Shown: one piece after another, positions 1-8,495 of the stretch | Layout: the number at the start of each line of letters is the position of its first letter | Position numbering within the stretch: the stretch's first letter is position 1 | NCBI RefSeq assembly: GCF_000018785.1 | Contig: NC_010163.1 | Coordinates: 270,001-302,000 of the forward strand | Direction of reading: 5' to 3' | Origin: Acholeplasma laidlawii PG-8A | Lineage (GTDB): Bacteria; Bacillota_I; Bacilli_A; Acholeplasmatales; Acholeplasmataceae | Length of the DNA stretch: 32,000 nucleotides | Program-made: the position numbers and the translations under genes | The notes under the pieces: model-generated | Databases searched by the model: none | Seen by the model: the letters and a program-made list of their open reading frames with translations, nothing else | Told to the model about the DNA's origin: nothing

Positions 1-1038
1 AGAATTAAATCGTTTTTACAAAAAGGTGTGGATGAAGCGCGTTTTCCTGGCGCACATTATGCACTAATTACAAAAGATAATTTGATCACTGATTTTGTTG
101 GGTATAAACAACTATACCCAACAAAAGAAGTGCTAAGTGGCGATGAAATATATGACGTTGCATCTCTTACAAAAGTCATATCAACAACAACGCTTATATT
201 AAAGTTGGTGGATGATAACTTACTTTCTTTAGATACGAGGTTGCAATCAATCTTGGGTAGGTACAAACATCCACATACAACCATAAAAGAATTGCTCATT
301 CACGCTTCAGGGTTACCTGCTGATGTACCAAAAATTAGAACGGTAAAATCTAAAGAAGCAGTAATGGATATTATTTTTAGTATGGATCTAATTTATGAAC
401 CAAATACTAAAGTTGTATACTCTGATGTTGGTTTTATCTTACTTGGAAAAGTGATAGAAAAAATGTATGGCATGCCAATTGATGAAGCTGCCCAAAAATA
501 TATCTTTAATCCTTTAGGTATGTTTGATTCAGGGTATAGACCCGAAGTAGATAGAGTAGCACCAACAGAAGATCATGACGATGATTTTTCAAAAGGACTA
601 CTTAAAGGTAAAGTGCATGATGAAAAATCCTATTTATTAGAGGGGTTAGCGGGTCATGCAGGTTTATTTTCTACGGTGTATGACATTGGTTTATTTATTC
701 AAAGTATATTAAATGATAAATTTGTGTTAAGTAAGGATATGACAGATAGACTATTCTTACCTCAAATTACCGATGACTCCTTAGGTTATAAGGTAACTAG
801 AACACTTGGTTACTTAAAGCCGTATGAAGATAGTTTTGCAGGATCAAAAAGTGATTTTGATAACACAATCGGGCACACTGGTTTTACTGGGTGTCATATG
901 TTTATTGATAAGAAAAATGACATTGGATTTGTATTATTATCTAATGCTGTTCATCCAAAACGTAGTTTAAATAGAATTATCGGTTTAAGAAATGAATTAG
1001 GCAATATAATTTATGAGATGAAAGTAGAGAAAAAATGA
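1..1038 (+). CDS. Beta-lactamase-fold serine hydrolase (PBP4*/AmiE-like); the 5' end is probably outside the window
   Basis: Frame 1 is open from nt 1: RIKSFLQKGV precedes the GTG at 28 that the ORF track uses, so the gene is likely 5'-truncated. The SxxK motif (ASLTKV), a YxN-like motif (YSDVGF) and an HTG/KTG-type motif (GHTGFTG) occur in canonical order. The TGA stop overlaps the next start (ATGA at 1035-1038). Confidence 0.85.
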   Translation, partial: RIKSFLQKGVDEARFPGAHYALITKDNLITDFVGYKQLYPTKEVLSGDEIYDVASLTKVISTTTLILKLVDDNLLSLDTRLQSILGRYKHPHTTIKELLIHASGLPADVPKIRTVKSKEAVMDIIFSMDLIYEPNTKVVYSDVGFILLGKVIEKMYGMPIDEAAQKYIFNPLGMFDSGYRPEVDRVAPTEDHDDDFSKGLLKGKVHDEKSYLLEGLAGHAGLFSTVYDIGLFIQSILNDKFVLSKDMTDRLFLPQITDDSLGYKVTRTLGYLKPYEDSFAGSKSDFDNTIGHTGFTGCHMFIDKKNDIGFVLLSNAVHPKRSLNRIIGLRNELGNIIYEMKVEKK

Positions 1039-4000
1039 AGAAAATATTTGCAATATTTAGTTTAGTATTGGTTAGTTTGATTACAGCATGTACTGCAATA
1101 GAAAAACCTGATGAAATTACATTAAGTTTAAGTAGTGGTCCAATCCAATTAGAAGTTGGTAAGACTCATCAGTTATCTATTACTACAAATGATACTTTAG
1201 GTTATGATATTAGTTCATCTAATCATGAAGTAGTAACCGTATCAAATACAGGGTTAGTTACTGCCTTAAAAGAAGGTACTTCAGTAGTTACTGTAACATC
1301 TAAGACTAATGAAGAAGTATCTAAAAGTGTCAACATCCATGTAACTAAAACATATAACTTAGTGATTGAAGAGCCATCCACATATTTATGGGCTGGACAA
1401 ACACTTCAATTAAGTTTTGAAACATCTGGTGAGGAAGTTACATTTAAATCAGACAATGAAGCTGTTGCAACAGTGGATAATAACGGTTTAGTTACGGCAG
1501 TAAGTCCAGGTAACTTTAAAATTACAATGACATTAGCATCAGATATTTCTGTTAAAGCAGAAATTAGTTTAGTAGTGTATGATGAAACATCAACCATTTT
1601 ACTAGAAGGTGACTCTAAGTTAAATGTGGGTCAAACAACAAAGTTAAGTGCCATTTTAGGTCCTGAAACTGCAGCACCTGCTTTAGCATGGTCATCTAGT
1701 GATGAGTTCGTTGCTACAGTAGATGATGAAGGTACAATCACCGCACATAAATCTGGTGCTGTTACAATTACAGCAACTTCATTAACCTCTACAGAGGTGA
1801 GTGCAACGCATTCGATTCTAATTGTTAATGAACTAGTAGTCGATGGTGAAGCAAAAACTGGTGATAAAGTCGTCGTTGAGGATTTAGAATTTGAGTTTGG
1901 AACGACTTTATTTAATACTTTAGAAGCAGCACTTGATACTGCAACTGATGGCGCGCATATTTATTTAAAAAATCTTGAACTTTTAACACTTACTATACTA
2001 GATAAATCTGTGACTTTAGAAGGAATCAATGATCAAGTTGTAGCGAAAAATCTAGTTACAATAGATGCTAGTGATGTGGTCATTAAAAATATAGCATTTA
2101 ATGAACAGGGTGCTATCCATGTATTACAAGGGTCAAGTAATGTATCGATAATGAATAATAAATTTTCAGATTTAAATGAAGCAGTACTTCAAGCAATACT
2201 TGTTGAAGAAGCACAAGGCTTAAGTATTGAACAAAATGAATTTAAGACATTAAAACATGATGCAATCGTTATTGATGACATTATTTCGGGTTCATTAAAT
2301 ATTAATAAAAACATTATTGATGGTGCAGAAGTTGCTATTAAGTTAGCAGGTAGTTCATATAGTAATGATACTGAAATTTTTATTCAAAGAAATTCGATTT
2401 CAAACATTGAAGTTGCATTTGATGTTTCTTTAAATGACACTGAAATTTTAGCATATGCTCGTTTTAATGCAGTATCTAGTTTTAGTAAGTACCCTGCTAA
2501 AGCGAATTTGGGGTCCAATTTTGATTTCACACTAAACTACTGGGGAAGTGCAACACTAGATTTAAACCAATTCGAAAACATATCTGAACGCATGTTAATG
2601 GGACATTATGAATCAGAAGCTGTAATACTTAAAGAAGCAGACTATGATCCAACCGCACCGCTATTCATATATATTACTAGTGATCTTAAGGTATTAGATG
2701 TTAATGATGAAATAATGCTAGAGTTCGAATATTTACCTTATGAACTTAAAGATGGTCGTTTTAGATTTAGAACAGATGCACCAGATACTTTGTTAGTAAC
2801 TGGAACAGGTTTATTAAAAGCATTGAGTAGTGGTCAGGCAACGATTAGGGTTGAAGCATCGCATAAATTTTCTAATGCACAAGATTCAATTACTCTTGAT
2901 GTGACAACTGATCCAGGTATTGACCTTGTACCATCTATTGATACACATTCACTAGTTGCTGGTGACAGTGTAAGGATTGAAGCGACACCATTTCCTGTAA
3001 CGATTAAAGATAGCGAAGTTCTATTTGAATCATCAAACTCAGCCATAGCAACCGTAGACAGTGAAGGTTTAGTGACATCTCTAACAAGTGGTAGTGTCAT
3101 TATTACTGCAAGACTTGTATCTGATGTAGAAGTTAAACAAGAAATTTATTTAGATTTTTATGAAAACTTAGATCAAAATAATCTCATGGACTTAATTACG
3201 ATGAATCAGCAAAGTCATTTGAAGATGTTTGACTTTTATGAAATCGGAACGGGACCAACTTATAGAGTCGTTGGATATGAATCGGTATCAAACTACTATT
3301 TTGATGAAGTCACACCAGATACATCACTTATGATACCTGATATATATAAAGGTAAAAATGTAAGACCCGGGTTACCACTATCACCAATACCTGCTGGCTA
3401 TACAACATACAATGATAAAAATATTCACTGGATTACAGTACATGATACTGCAAATACTGCAACCGGATCTGGTGCACTTTCTCACGCAAATTATTTAAAT
3501 AATCAAGCGAGAATTAACGGTGCTCAAGTATCATGGCACTATACAATAGATGATAAAGCATTCTATCAGCATATTCCTGAAGGTGAAGTTGCTTGGCATG
3601 CTGGAGATGGTTCTAACTTAGTTGGACAAGGTAGTTACTTGGGTGGTGGAAATAGAAATGCGATTGCAATTGAAATGTCTGTTGCAATGGGCGATGATCT
3701 CTATAGAATTTGGCAAAGAACGGCTAAGTTTTCAGCTGAAACGTTAGTTAAATATAACTTACCAAGAGAACACATCAAATTCCATCAACATTTTTCTGGA
3801 AAACATTGTCCTAATGCTTTATTAGTATCTGGATTAGAACCTAAATTCCAAAAAATGGCAGATATAGAGTATAAAGTAGCACTAGAATATCCAGGTGCTC
3901 AAATCTCAATGGTGAGCAATCATCCGGATATTATTGATAATATGGGACGTGTAATTTCAATGCCTTTACATAATACACTTGCAAGTTATACAGTAACTGT

Positions 4001-4064
4001 AGTTTATGAAGGTGTAACAACTTCTCGTACATTTAATGTGTATGTTCCAGGTACAACAAGATAA
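1035..4064 (+). CDS. Multidomain surface lipoprotein: 3 Big_2 Ig-like domains, a parallel beta-helix region, 2 more Big_2 domains and a C-terminal N-acetylmuramoyl-L-alanine amidase (Amidase_2/PGRP type)
   Basis: There is a lipobox, LITAC, near the N-terminus. Big_2 signatures recur: VTVSNTGLVTALKEGTSVVTVTS, ATVDNNGLVTAVSPGNFKITMT, ATVDDEGTITAHKSGAVTITAT and ATVDSEGLVTSLTSGSVIITAR. Periodic NNKFSD / IEQNEF / INKNII / IQRNSI repeats are typical of PbH1 beta-helix turns. The amidase core lies at about nt 3400-3830, with HWITVHDTAN, VSWHYTID, VAWHAGD, NAIAIEM and FHQHFSGKHCPN (His/His/Cys zinc-ligand pattern). Confidence 0.9.
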   Translation: MKKIFAIFSLVLVSLITACTAIEKPDEITLSLSSGPIQLEVGKTHQLSITTNDTLGYDISSSNHEVVTVSNTGLVTALKEGTSVVTVTSKTNEEVSKSVNIHVTKTYNLVIEEPSTYLWAGQTLQLSFETSGEEVTFKSDNEAVATVDNNGLVTAVSPGNFKITMTLASDISVKAEISLVVYDETSTILLEGDSKLNVGQTTKLSAILGPETAAPALAWSSSDEFVATVDDEGTITAHKSGAVTITATSLTSTEVSATHSILIVNELVVDGEAKTGDKVVVEDLEFEFGTTLFNTLEAALDTATDGAHIYLKNLELLTLTILDKSVTLEGINDQVVAKNLVTIDASDVVIKNIAFNEQGAIHVLQGSSNVSIMNNKFSDLNEAVLQAILVEEAQGLSIEQNEFKTLKHDAIVIDDIISGSLNINKNIIDGAEVAIKLAGSSYSNDTEIFIQRNSISNIEVAFDVSLNDTEILAYARFNAVSSFSKYPAKANLGSNFDFTLNYWGSATLDLNQFENISERMLMGHYESEAVILKEADYDPTAPLFIYITSDLKVLDVNDEIMLEFEYLPYELKDGRFRFRTDAPDTLLVTGTGLLKALSSGQATIRVEASHKFSNAQDSITLDVTTDPGIDLVPSIDTHSLVAGDSVRIEATPFPVTIKDSEVLFESSNSAIATVDSEGLVTSLTSGSVIITARLVSDVEVKQEIYLDFYENLDQNNLMDLITMNQQSHLKMFDFYEIGTGPTYRVVGYESVSNYYFDEVTPDTSLMIPDIYKGKNVRPGLPLSPIPAGYTTYNDKNIHWITVHDTANTATGSGALSHANYLNNQARINGAQVSWHYTIDDKAFYQHIPEGEVAWHAGDGSNLVGQGSYLGGGNRNAIAIEMSVAMGDDLYRIWQRTAKFSAETLVKYNLPREHIKFHQHFSGKHCPNALLVSGLEPKFQKMADIEYKVALEYPGAQISMVSNHPDIIDNMGRVISMPLHNTLASYTVTVVYEGVTTSRTFNVYVPGTTR

Positions 4065-4104
4065 ACCCTGAAAAAGGTGAAAATAATATTCAAAAAGTAA
4101 AAAT

Positions 4105-4119
4105 ATGAAAGCGTTGTCT
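4105..4119. promoter_or_regulatory. cre-like (CcpA-type) operator candidate; left arm of a 14-bp inverted repeat
   Basis: ATGAAAGCGTTGTCT matches every position of the cre consensus WTGNAANCGNWNNCW when read by eye. Its reverse-complement partner at 4141-4154 differs at one base. Confidence 0.45.
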
Positions 4120-4138
4120 CAACAAACACACGTATTAG

Positions 4139-4167
4139 TTGACAGCGCTTTCATAATGTAATAAAAT
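4139..4167 (+). promoter_or_regulatory. Sigma-A-type promoter for the 812-aa surface protein gene, with an overlapping cre-like site
   Basis: The promoter reads TTGACA (4139-4144), a 17-nt spacer, then TAAAAT (4162-4167). The sequence TTGACAGCGCTTTCA (4139-4153) has one mismatch to the cre consensus and covers the -35. The RBS AAGGGAG (4198-4204) precedes the ATG at 4215. Confidence 0.6.
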
Positions 4168-4214
4168 TAATACGTACGTTTAACAATAAAAAAGGAAAAG
4201 GGAGTAAAAAAAAG

Positions 4215-6653
4215 ATGAAAAAAATTACAACATTATTATTGTTGTTAGTTGCTGCATTAATCCTGGTTGTTGCACCAGCTTATGCGGATGAAGAAGCGTT
4301 AATAGATATTTATCCATATGGCAGCATTAATAATATGACGGAAACAGAACCAATCGCTGGTGGTACGTTGAGAGTGGGAACTTCTAACTGGACATTAGAT
4401 TTCTTAGGATATAGATACCATTTTGTACGTTCTTCAGTTAGATATGGTCACCAATTTGTTGATGCTAATGCAGATGGCGTATTTGAAGCAACAGAATATC
4501 CTGGTGTTTCTTACAGTGCATTCGCTGCAATGACTATTAATAATACAGAAGATGAAATGGAATTAGTAACAACTAACCTAAGAGCGAATATTACTGGTGG
4601 AGTTACAAACCGTATTTATGCATATTTCAATGAAGATATGGAATTAGCTATGTTTGAAGATCATATCTTTACGTATCACATCTTTAATGATGGAACGGAT
4701 GTTACTGACAATGCAGATTGGCGATTTGCTACTGAAGCAGAAATCGACGCATTTAAAGCTGCTGCTGATCCTCTAACAGAAACGCCTAATACAAGATTAG
4801 CTCATGTTAGAGTTGTTAAGGACACTACAGATGCACAAGGATATAAATTAGAACCATTAGGTTATTTAACTTGGTTAAACCCTGATTTAGGAGCTTTACC
4901 AGCTGAAGAGAGATCTTTATTAGTAGACTGGAATCCAAACCACGTAGTTATTCCTGCTGGTTGGACAGCTGTATCATTCGGTCAACATGACCGTGGTTCA
5001 TACAAAGCTACAGATTTTGTTAAAGTATTATATACAGCTTTCGTTGCTGAAACAACTCCGGTAGCAGTTTCTACTTATACATATCAAAATCCTGTATTTG
5101 CTGGCTTAACAGCTCACGATGATGATGCTGTAACTCCAGGCGTACAGATGATTGTAGAATATAATCAAGCTGATTTTGATTTACCAAATAATGTAAGTGT
5201 TTCATGGTTAAAAATGTTTGAAGATGATGTACTTGTTAATAAAACAGAAAAACTAAGTTATAAAGTTGATGTTTATGAAACGGCAGATTTTAATTCAGCT
5301 GAAGAAGATCATGTTCCTACAATTTTAGAAACTATTACATTTACTTATGATTCTGTAGCAGATGCTTACACACCTGACAAAGCTCTATCAGTTGTAGATT
5401 CATCAGTATTTGGTGCAGGTTATACAGCGGTATATTCTGCAACTCATGCAGAAGATGGTTTAACTGAAATTATCGTTGATATCGCTGTTGGGGTATTACC
5501 TCCAAGATTTGAAAACGTTAAAAATCGTTATGTTGATGAATCAGTATTCGTAGACCTATTAGGTGACGTAACTGCTAATGATGGTTATGGAAATGATAAG
5601 ACAGGTGATATCAAAATCACTGCTCCTGCAGGATTTAACATCTACAATCCAAAACCAGGTACTTACAAAATCGATTTAGAATTTACACATCATGTACATA
5701 TCGCTGGTGAACCTACAGTTCCGGATAGAATTACACTTGGAAGTAAAGTAATTGATGTTACTAGAAAAAATCAAAATTTCACTGCATATGGTCTAGAAAC
5801 TACACTATATACTGAACCATTCTTATATACAAATACTTCATTCCAAGGTTGGATTGTTGTTGAGTTTGATAAAGATGGTAAAATGATTCAATCTGTTGCA
5901 AGAAACACTTGGGAAGCATGGGGTGCAAGTGGCGCAATTGCTGGTATGTCTGATGCAGGCATCAAAGCGTGGTTAGAAGGTATTGACTTCTCATTAGGTG
6001 GATTTGTTGTATTCTTTGGACAAACTGCTGATAGACCATTAGCTCAAGCATTGAGATACGGTGATCAGGTTACATTCACTGAAGGATCAATTGGTACTCC
6101 TGACTTTAATGCAGATATCGTAACAAAAGCATCATATAACCTAACGGTTGATGATAAAACAGCTCCTCAAGCAATTGTAGTTAATAATAATTTAACTATC
6201 GAAGCTGATGCATTCGCATCTGCTGAAGCAGCTATCTTATCAAATATTGTTGCTGTTGATAACTACGATGCTAGAACACAATTAAGTCTATTCGTATTAA
6301 ATAATGGTGGTTTATCATTAGCAAGTGGTAAATTATCAGTTGGTACATATACAGTAACTGTTGGTGTTGAAGACCGCGCTGGTAACGCAAGCGAAGTTAC
6401 ATACACATTAACTGTAAAAGCAGCTAAACCAACTCAAGAAGAAGTAGATCAAAAAGTTGATGATAAGGTTGAAGATGTAGAAGCACAAATTCCTCAAGAC
6501 ACTATCACACCTGATCAAGTAGAAGAAGCAATTAAAGATGCTTTAGATTCTTATGACGGGGTAAGCGTATTAACTGCAGTTCTTATGTCATTAGGTGCAG
6601 CATTAGTATCATTTGGTGGTGCAGCATTATTATTCTTCTTAAAGAAAAAATAA
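4215..6653 (+). CDS. Large secreted surface protein of unknown function with Ig-like (DUF5011-type) domains and a C-terminal transmembrane anchor
   Basis: The signal peptide has an AYA/DEE type I cleavage site. Two DUF5011-like Ig segments are present (VTANDGYGNDKTGDIKITAP...TYKIDLEFT and VAVDNYDARTQLSL...GTYTVTVGVEDRAGNASEVTYTLTV). An acidic linker is followed by the hydrophobic helix VLTAVLMSLGAALVSFGGAALLFFL and a KKK stop-transfer. There is no LPXTG motif. The gene has its own promoter and terminator. Confidence 0.85.
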   Translation: MKKITTLLLLLVAALILVVAPAYADEEALIDIYPYGSINNMTETEPIAGGTLRVGTSNWTLDFLGYRYHFVRSSVRYGHQFVDANADGVFEATEYPGVSYSAFAAMTINNTEDEMELVTTNLRANITGGVTNRIYAYFNEDMELAMFEDHIFTYHIFNDGTDVTDNADWRFATEAEIDAFKAAADPLTETPNTRLAHVRVVKDTTDAQGYKLEPLGYLTWLNPDLGALPAEERSLLVDWNPNHVVIPAGWTAVSFGQHDRGSYKATDFVKVLYTAFVAETTPVAVSTYTYQNPVFAGLTAHDDDAVTPGVQMIVEYNQADFDLPNNVSVSWLKMFEDDVLVNKTEKLSYKVDVYETADFNSAEEDHVPTILETITFTYDSVADAYTPDKALSVVDSSVFGAGYTAVYSATHAEDGLTEIIVDIAVGVLPPRFENVKNRYVDESVFVDLLGDVTANDGYGNDKTGDIKITAPAGFNIYNPKPGTYKIDLEFTHHVHIAGEPTVPDRITLGSKVIDVTRKNQNFTAYGLETTLYTEPFLYTNTSFQGWIVVEFDKDGKMIQSVARNTWEAWGASGAIAGMSDAGIKAWLEGIDFSLGGFVVFFGQTADRPLAQALRYGDQVTFTEGSIGTPDFNADIVTKASYNLTVDDKTAPQAIVVNNNLTIEADAFASAEAAILSNIVAVDNYDARTQLSLFVLNNGGLSLASGKLSVGTYTVTVGVEDRAGNASEVTYTLTVKAAKPTQEEVDQKVDDKVEDVEAQIPQDTITPDQVEEAIKDALDSYDGVSVLTAVLMSLGAALVSFGGAALLFFLKKK

Positions 6654-6670
6654 GACTTTAGTTTAATTCG

Positions 6671-6701
6671 AAAAGCCCAATAACAAATTGGGCTTTTTGT
6701 T
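6671..6701 (+). terminator. Rho-independent terminator after the surface protein gene
   Basis: The stem is AAAAGCCCAAT / ATTGGGCTTTT with loop AACAA, and it runs into a T-tract (GGGCTTTTTGTTT). Confidence 0.85.
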
Positions 6702-6716
6702 TCATTGTGTGACAAT

Positions 6717-6731
6717 ATGTAAGCGTTTGAA
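6717..6731. promoter_or_regulatory. cre-like site upstream of the long transporter/catabolic operon
   Basis: ATGTAAGCGTTTGAA has one mismatch to WTGNAANCGNWNNCW. It shares the core ATGWAAGCGTT with the site at 4105. Confidence 0.3.
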
Positions 6732-6778
6732 AAAGATTTTAATAATATGAAAATTAAATAGAAATTTAGATAAAAATA

Positions 6779-6807
6779 ATCAAATAATACTATTTACATA
6801 GTATAAT
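6779..6807 (+). promoter_or_regulatory. Candidate promoter of the 6850-28803 operon
   Basis: A perfect -10, TATAAT, lies at 6802-6807. The hexamer 17 nt upstream, ATCAAA, is a weak -35. This is the only intergenic region with a promoter-like signal between the terminators at 6671 and 28809. Confidence 0.4.
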
Positions 6808-6849
6808 TTAAGTGAAGTTTAATTACAAAAAATACAAAGGAGCTTAAAT

Positions 6850-8421
6850 ATGAAAAAAATATTTAGCGTATTATTACTGTTAGTCGCAATGTTTGCTCTA
6901 GTAGCGTGTGACAATACAGAAGGTAATGGTAACGATAAAAATTCAGCAACTATAACAGGTGCAGCGGATGTTACAATCAACGTCGGTGATGAGTTCGATC
7001 CGATGAACAATGTTAAAGCTGAAGATACAGTAGATGGAAATATCACTACACGTATTCAAGTAAGTGGTACTGTACTTACAAATACAGCAGGAACTTATAC
7101 TTTAACTTATACAGTAGAAGGTTCTGATGGTAAAGTAACCACAGTAAAAAGAGTTGTAACTGTAGTACAAAATCACACTACACCTCCAACAGAAATCGTA
7201 ATTATGCATGGTGCGCCATATGAGGTTGACCCATTCGATGCTGCTTACTCTGGTAGAGAACAACAAGCAAGACAAAATAAGCAAAGAGAAGTTGAATCAA
7301 GACTTAATGTTAAAGTGGTTTATAAGGCTTACCCTGCGGCAGCTGCATGGGGACCAGACCGTATTAATGAAATAATTAAAGCATCAGTAGCGGGAGCTCC
7401 GTTAGCGGATATCTTATGGACAACCTCTGACTGGACTGCTCAATTAGCTAACGCGAATGCAATTGTTCCAGTTGACAAGTACTTAGAATCAACTGGTGCA
7501 AACATTACGGAAGAAGCTCAACAACTAGGTAGATTTAAGAGTCAATTCTATGCATTCTCAGTAAACAAACCTACAGTTGACGTTGGTCTATACTTCAATA
7601 TTGAGTTAGTTAATGACTTAGGTATTGAAAATCCAGCCGAACTATACAATAACGGTGAGTGGACTTGGTCTAAATTTGAAGCTTGGTCAGATGCCGCTAA
7701 AGCTGCACTTACAAGTATTGGACCTGATTATAAAGTCTTAGGTGGTGTACGTGCAGTATATGCTGAAAATATGATTCCATTAAATGGTGGTTCATTAATA
7801 AACGCATTATCTGGACGTGTTGCATTCCATCAAACAGCTGCATTAGAAACATATAGTTTCTTACATGGTTTATATAATAAAGGTTTATTTGAAGGTTCAG
7901 GTACTTATGATTCAGGATCTCCATTATGGCAATCAGGTAAAGTTGTAATGCACCCAGGTAGTTTCTGGTTCTTAAATGCAGAAAATAGATGGAAAAACTT
8001 AGCGTTTGACCTAGGATTTGTTCCTTATCCATCAAGTGATACATACACCGGTAATTATGTTTCTCCAATCGGTGGTGTTGCAGTGTATACATTATCAAGT
8101 GGACTAACTCCTGCTAAAGAAGCATTAGCATTCCAAGTATGGAATGAAATTCAAATGTGGAAGACAGACACTGAATTTTCAGATGAATTCTACGCAACAT
8201 TAGTACAAAGATTCAATGATGAAGCTTCGATTGATGCTTACCTAAGCATATTTGATAAAACAACATTAGATTTAACAGGTGCATTAGGTATCTCAAGATT
8301 CGCAGCAAATGGTTGGTACGGCGCAGCAAACCTTGCAATCGCTAATGGCGATGCTAGAGGTGAGATGGACAAGATCAGACCTGCTTACGAAGACGCACTT
8401 GCATCATATTTAGGACAATAA
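6850..8421 (+). CDS. Lipoprotein: N-terminal Ig-like (DUF5011-type) domain fused to a family 1 (CUT1) carbohydrate ABC solute-binding protein
   Basis: There is a lipobox, LVAC. The Ig-like segment is ITGAADVTINVGDEFDP...VDGNIT...GTYTLTYTVEGSDGKVTTVKRVVTV. The remaining ~420 aa have sugar-SBP character (aromatic-rich, for example GEWTWSKFEAW and FWFLNAENRW). The RBS AAGGAG lies 7 nt upstream of the ATG. Confidence 0.85.
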   Translation: MKKIFSVLLLLVAMFALVACDNTEGNGNDKNSATITGAADVTINVGDEFDPMNNVKAEDTVDGNITTRIQVSGTVLTNTAGTYTLTYTVEGSDGKVTTVKRVVTVVQNHTTPPTEIVIMHGAPYEVDPFDAAYSGREQQARQNKQREVESRLNVKVVYKAYPAAAAWGPDRINEIIKASVAGAPLADILWTTSDWTAQLANANAIVPVDKYLESTGANITEEAQQLGRFKSQFYAFSVNKPTVDVGLYFNIELVNDLGIENPAELYNNGEWTWSKFEAWSDAAKAALTSIGPDYKVLGGVRAVYAENMIPLNGGSLINALSGRVAFHQTAALETYSFLHGLYNKGLFEGSGTYDSGSPLWQSGKVVMHPGSFWFLNAENRWKNLAFDLGFVPYPSSDTYTGNYVSPIGGVAVYTLSSGLTPAKEALAFQVWNEIQMWKTDTEFSDEFYATLVQRFNDEASIDAYLSIFDKTTLDLTGALGISRFAANGWYGAANLAIANGDARGEMDKIRPAYEDALASYLGQ

Positions 8422-8443
8422 CAAAAGAAACGATCTTGGTATA

Positions 8444-8477
8444 ACCTTCCTTATGTTATAAAATTCATAAGGAAGGT
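8444..8477 (+). promoter_or_regulatory. Intercistronic stem-loop (possible partial terminator or mRNA-stabilising hairpin) after the SBP gene
   Basis: A perfect 12-bp stem ACCTTCCTTATG / CATAAGGAAGGT encloses a 10-nt loop. It is followed by GGTACCATTTTCATT, which is not a clean U-tract. Confidence 0.5.
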
Positions 8478-8495
8478 GGTACCATTTTCATTGAG

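Noticed and set aside
1-1038. Beta-lactamase-fold ORF, considered as an antibiotic resistance gene
   Set aside because: The fold and motifs are shared by many DD-peptidases, esterases and the AmiE amidase. The context is muropeptide catabolism, and no resistance-island features are present.
1100-3120. Repeated Big_2 segments in the amidase gene, considered as DNA tandem repeats or phase-variable sequence
   Set aside because: The repeats are conserved only at the protein-motif level. The nucleotide sequences are diverged and there are no homopolymer or short tandem tracts that would support slipped-strand variation.
4105-4154. The 14-bp inverted repeat, considered as the intrinsic terminator of the amidase gene
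   Set aside because: The loop would be 22 nt and no U-tract follows. The right arm coincides with a near-consensus -35, so a protein operator (cre-like) is the more economical reading. RNA structure is not excluded.
7709-8098. 129-aa - strand ORF inside the SBP gene
   Set aside because: It is antisense to a well-supported SBP coding frame. Its product is rich in His, Leu, Met and Tyr with no motif and no translation signals, so it looks like a shadow ORF in AT-rich DNA.
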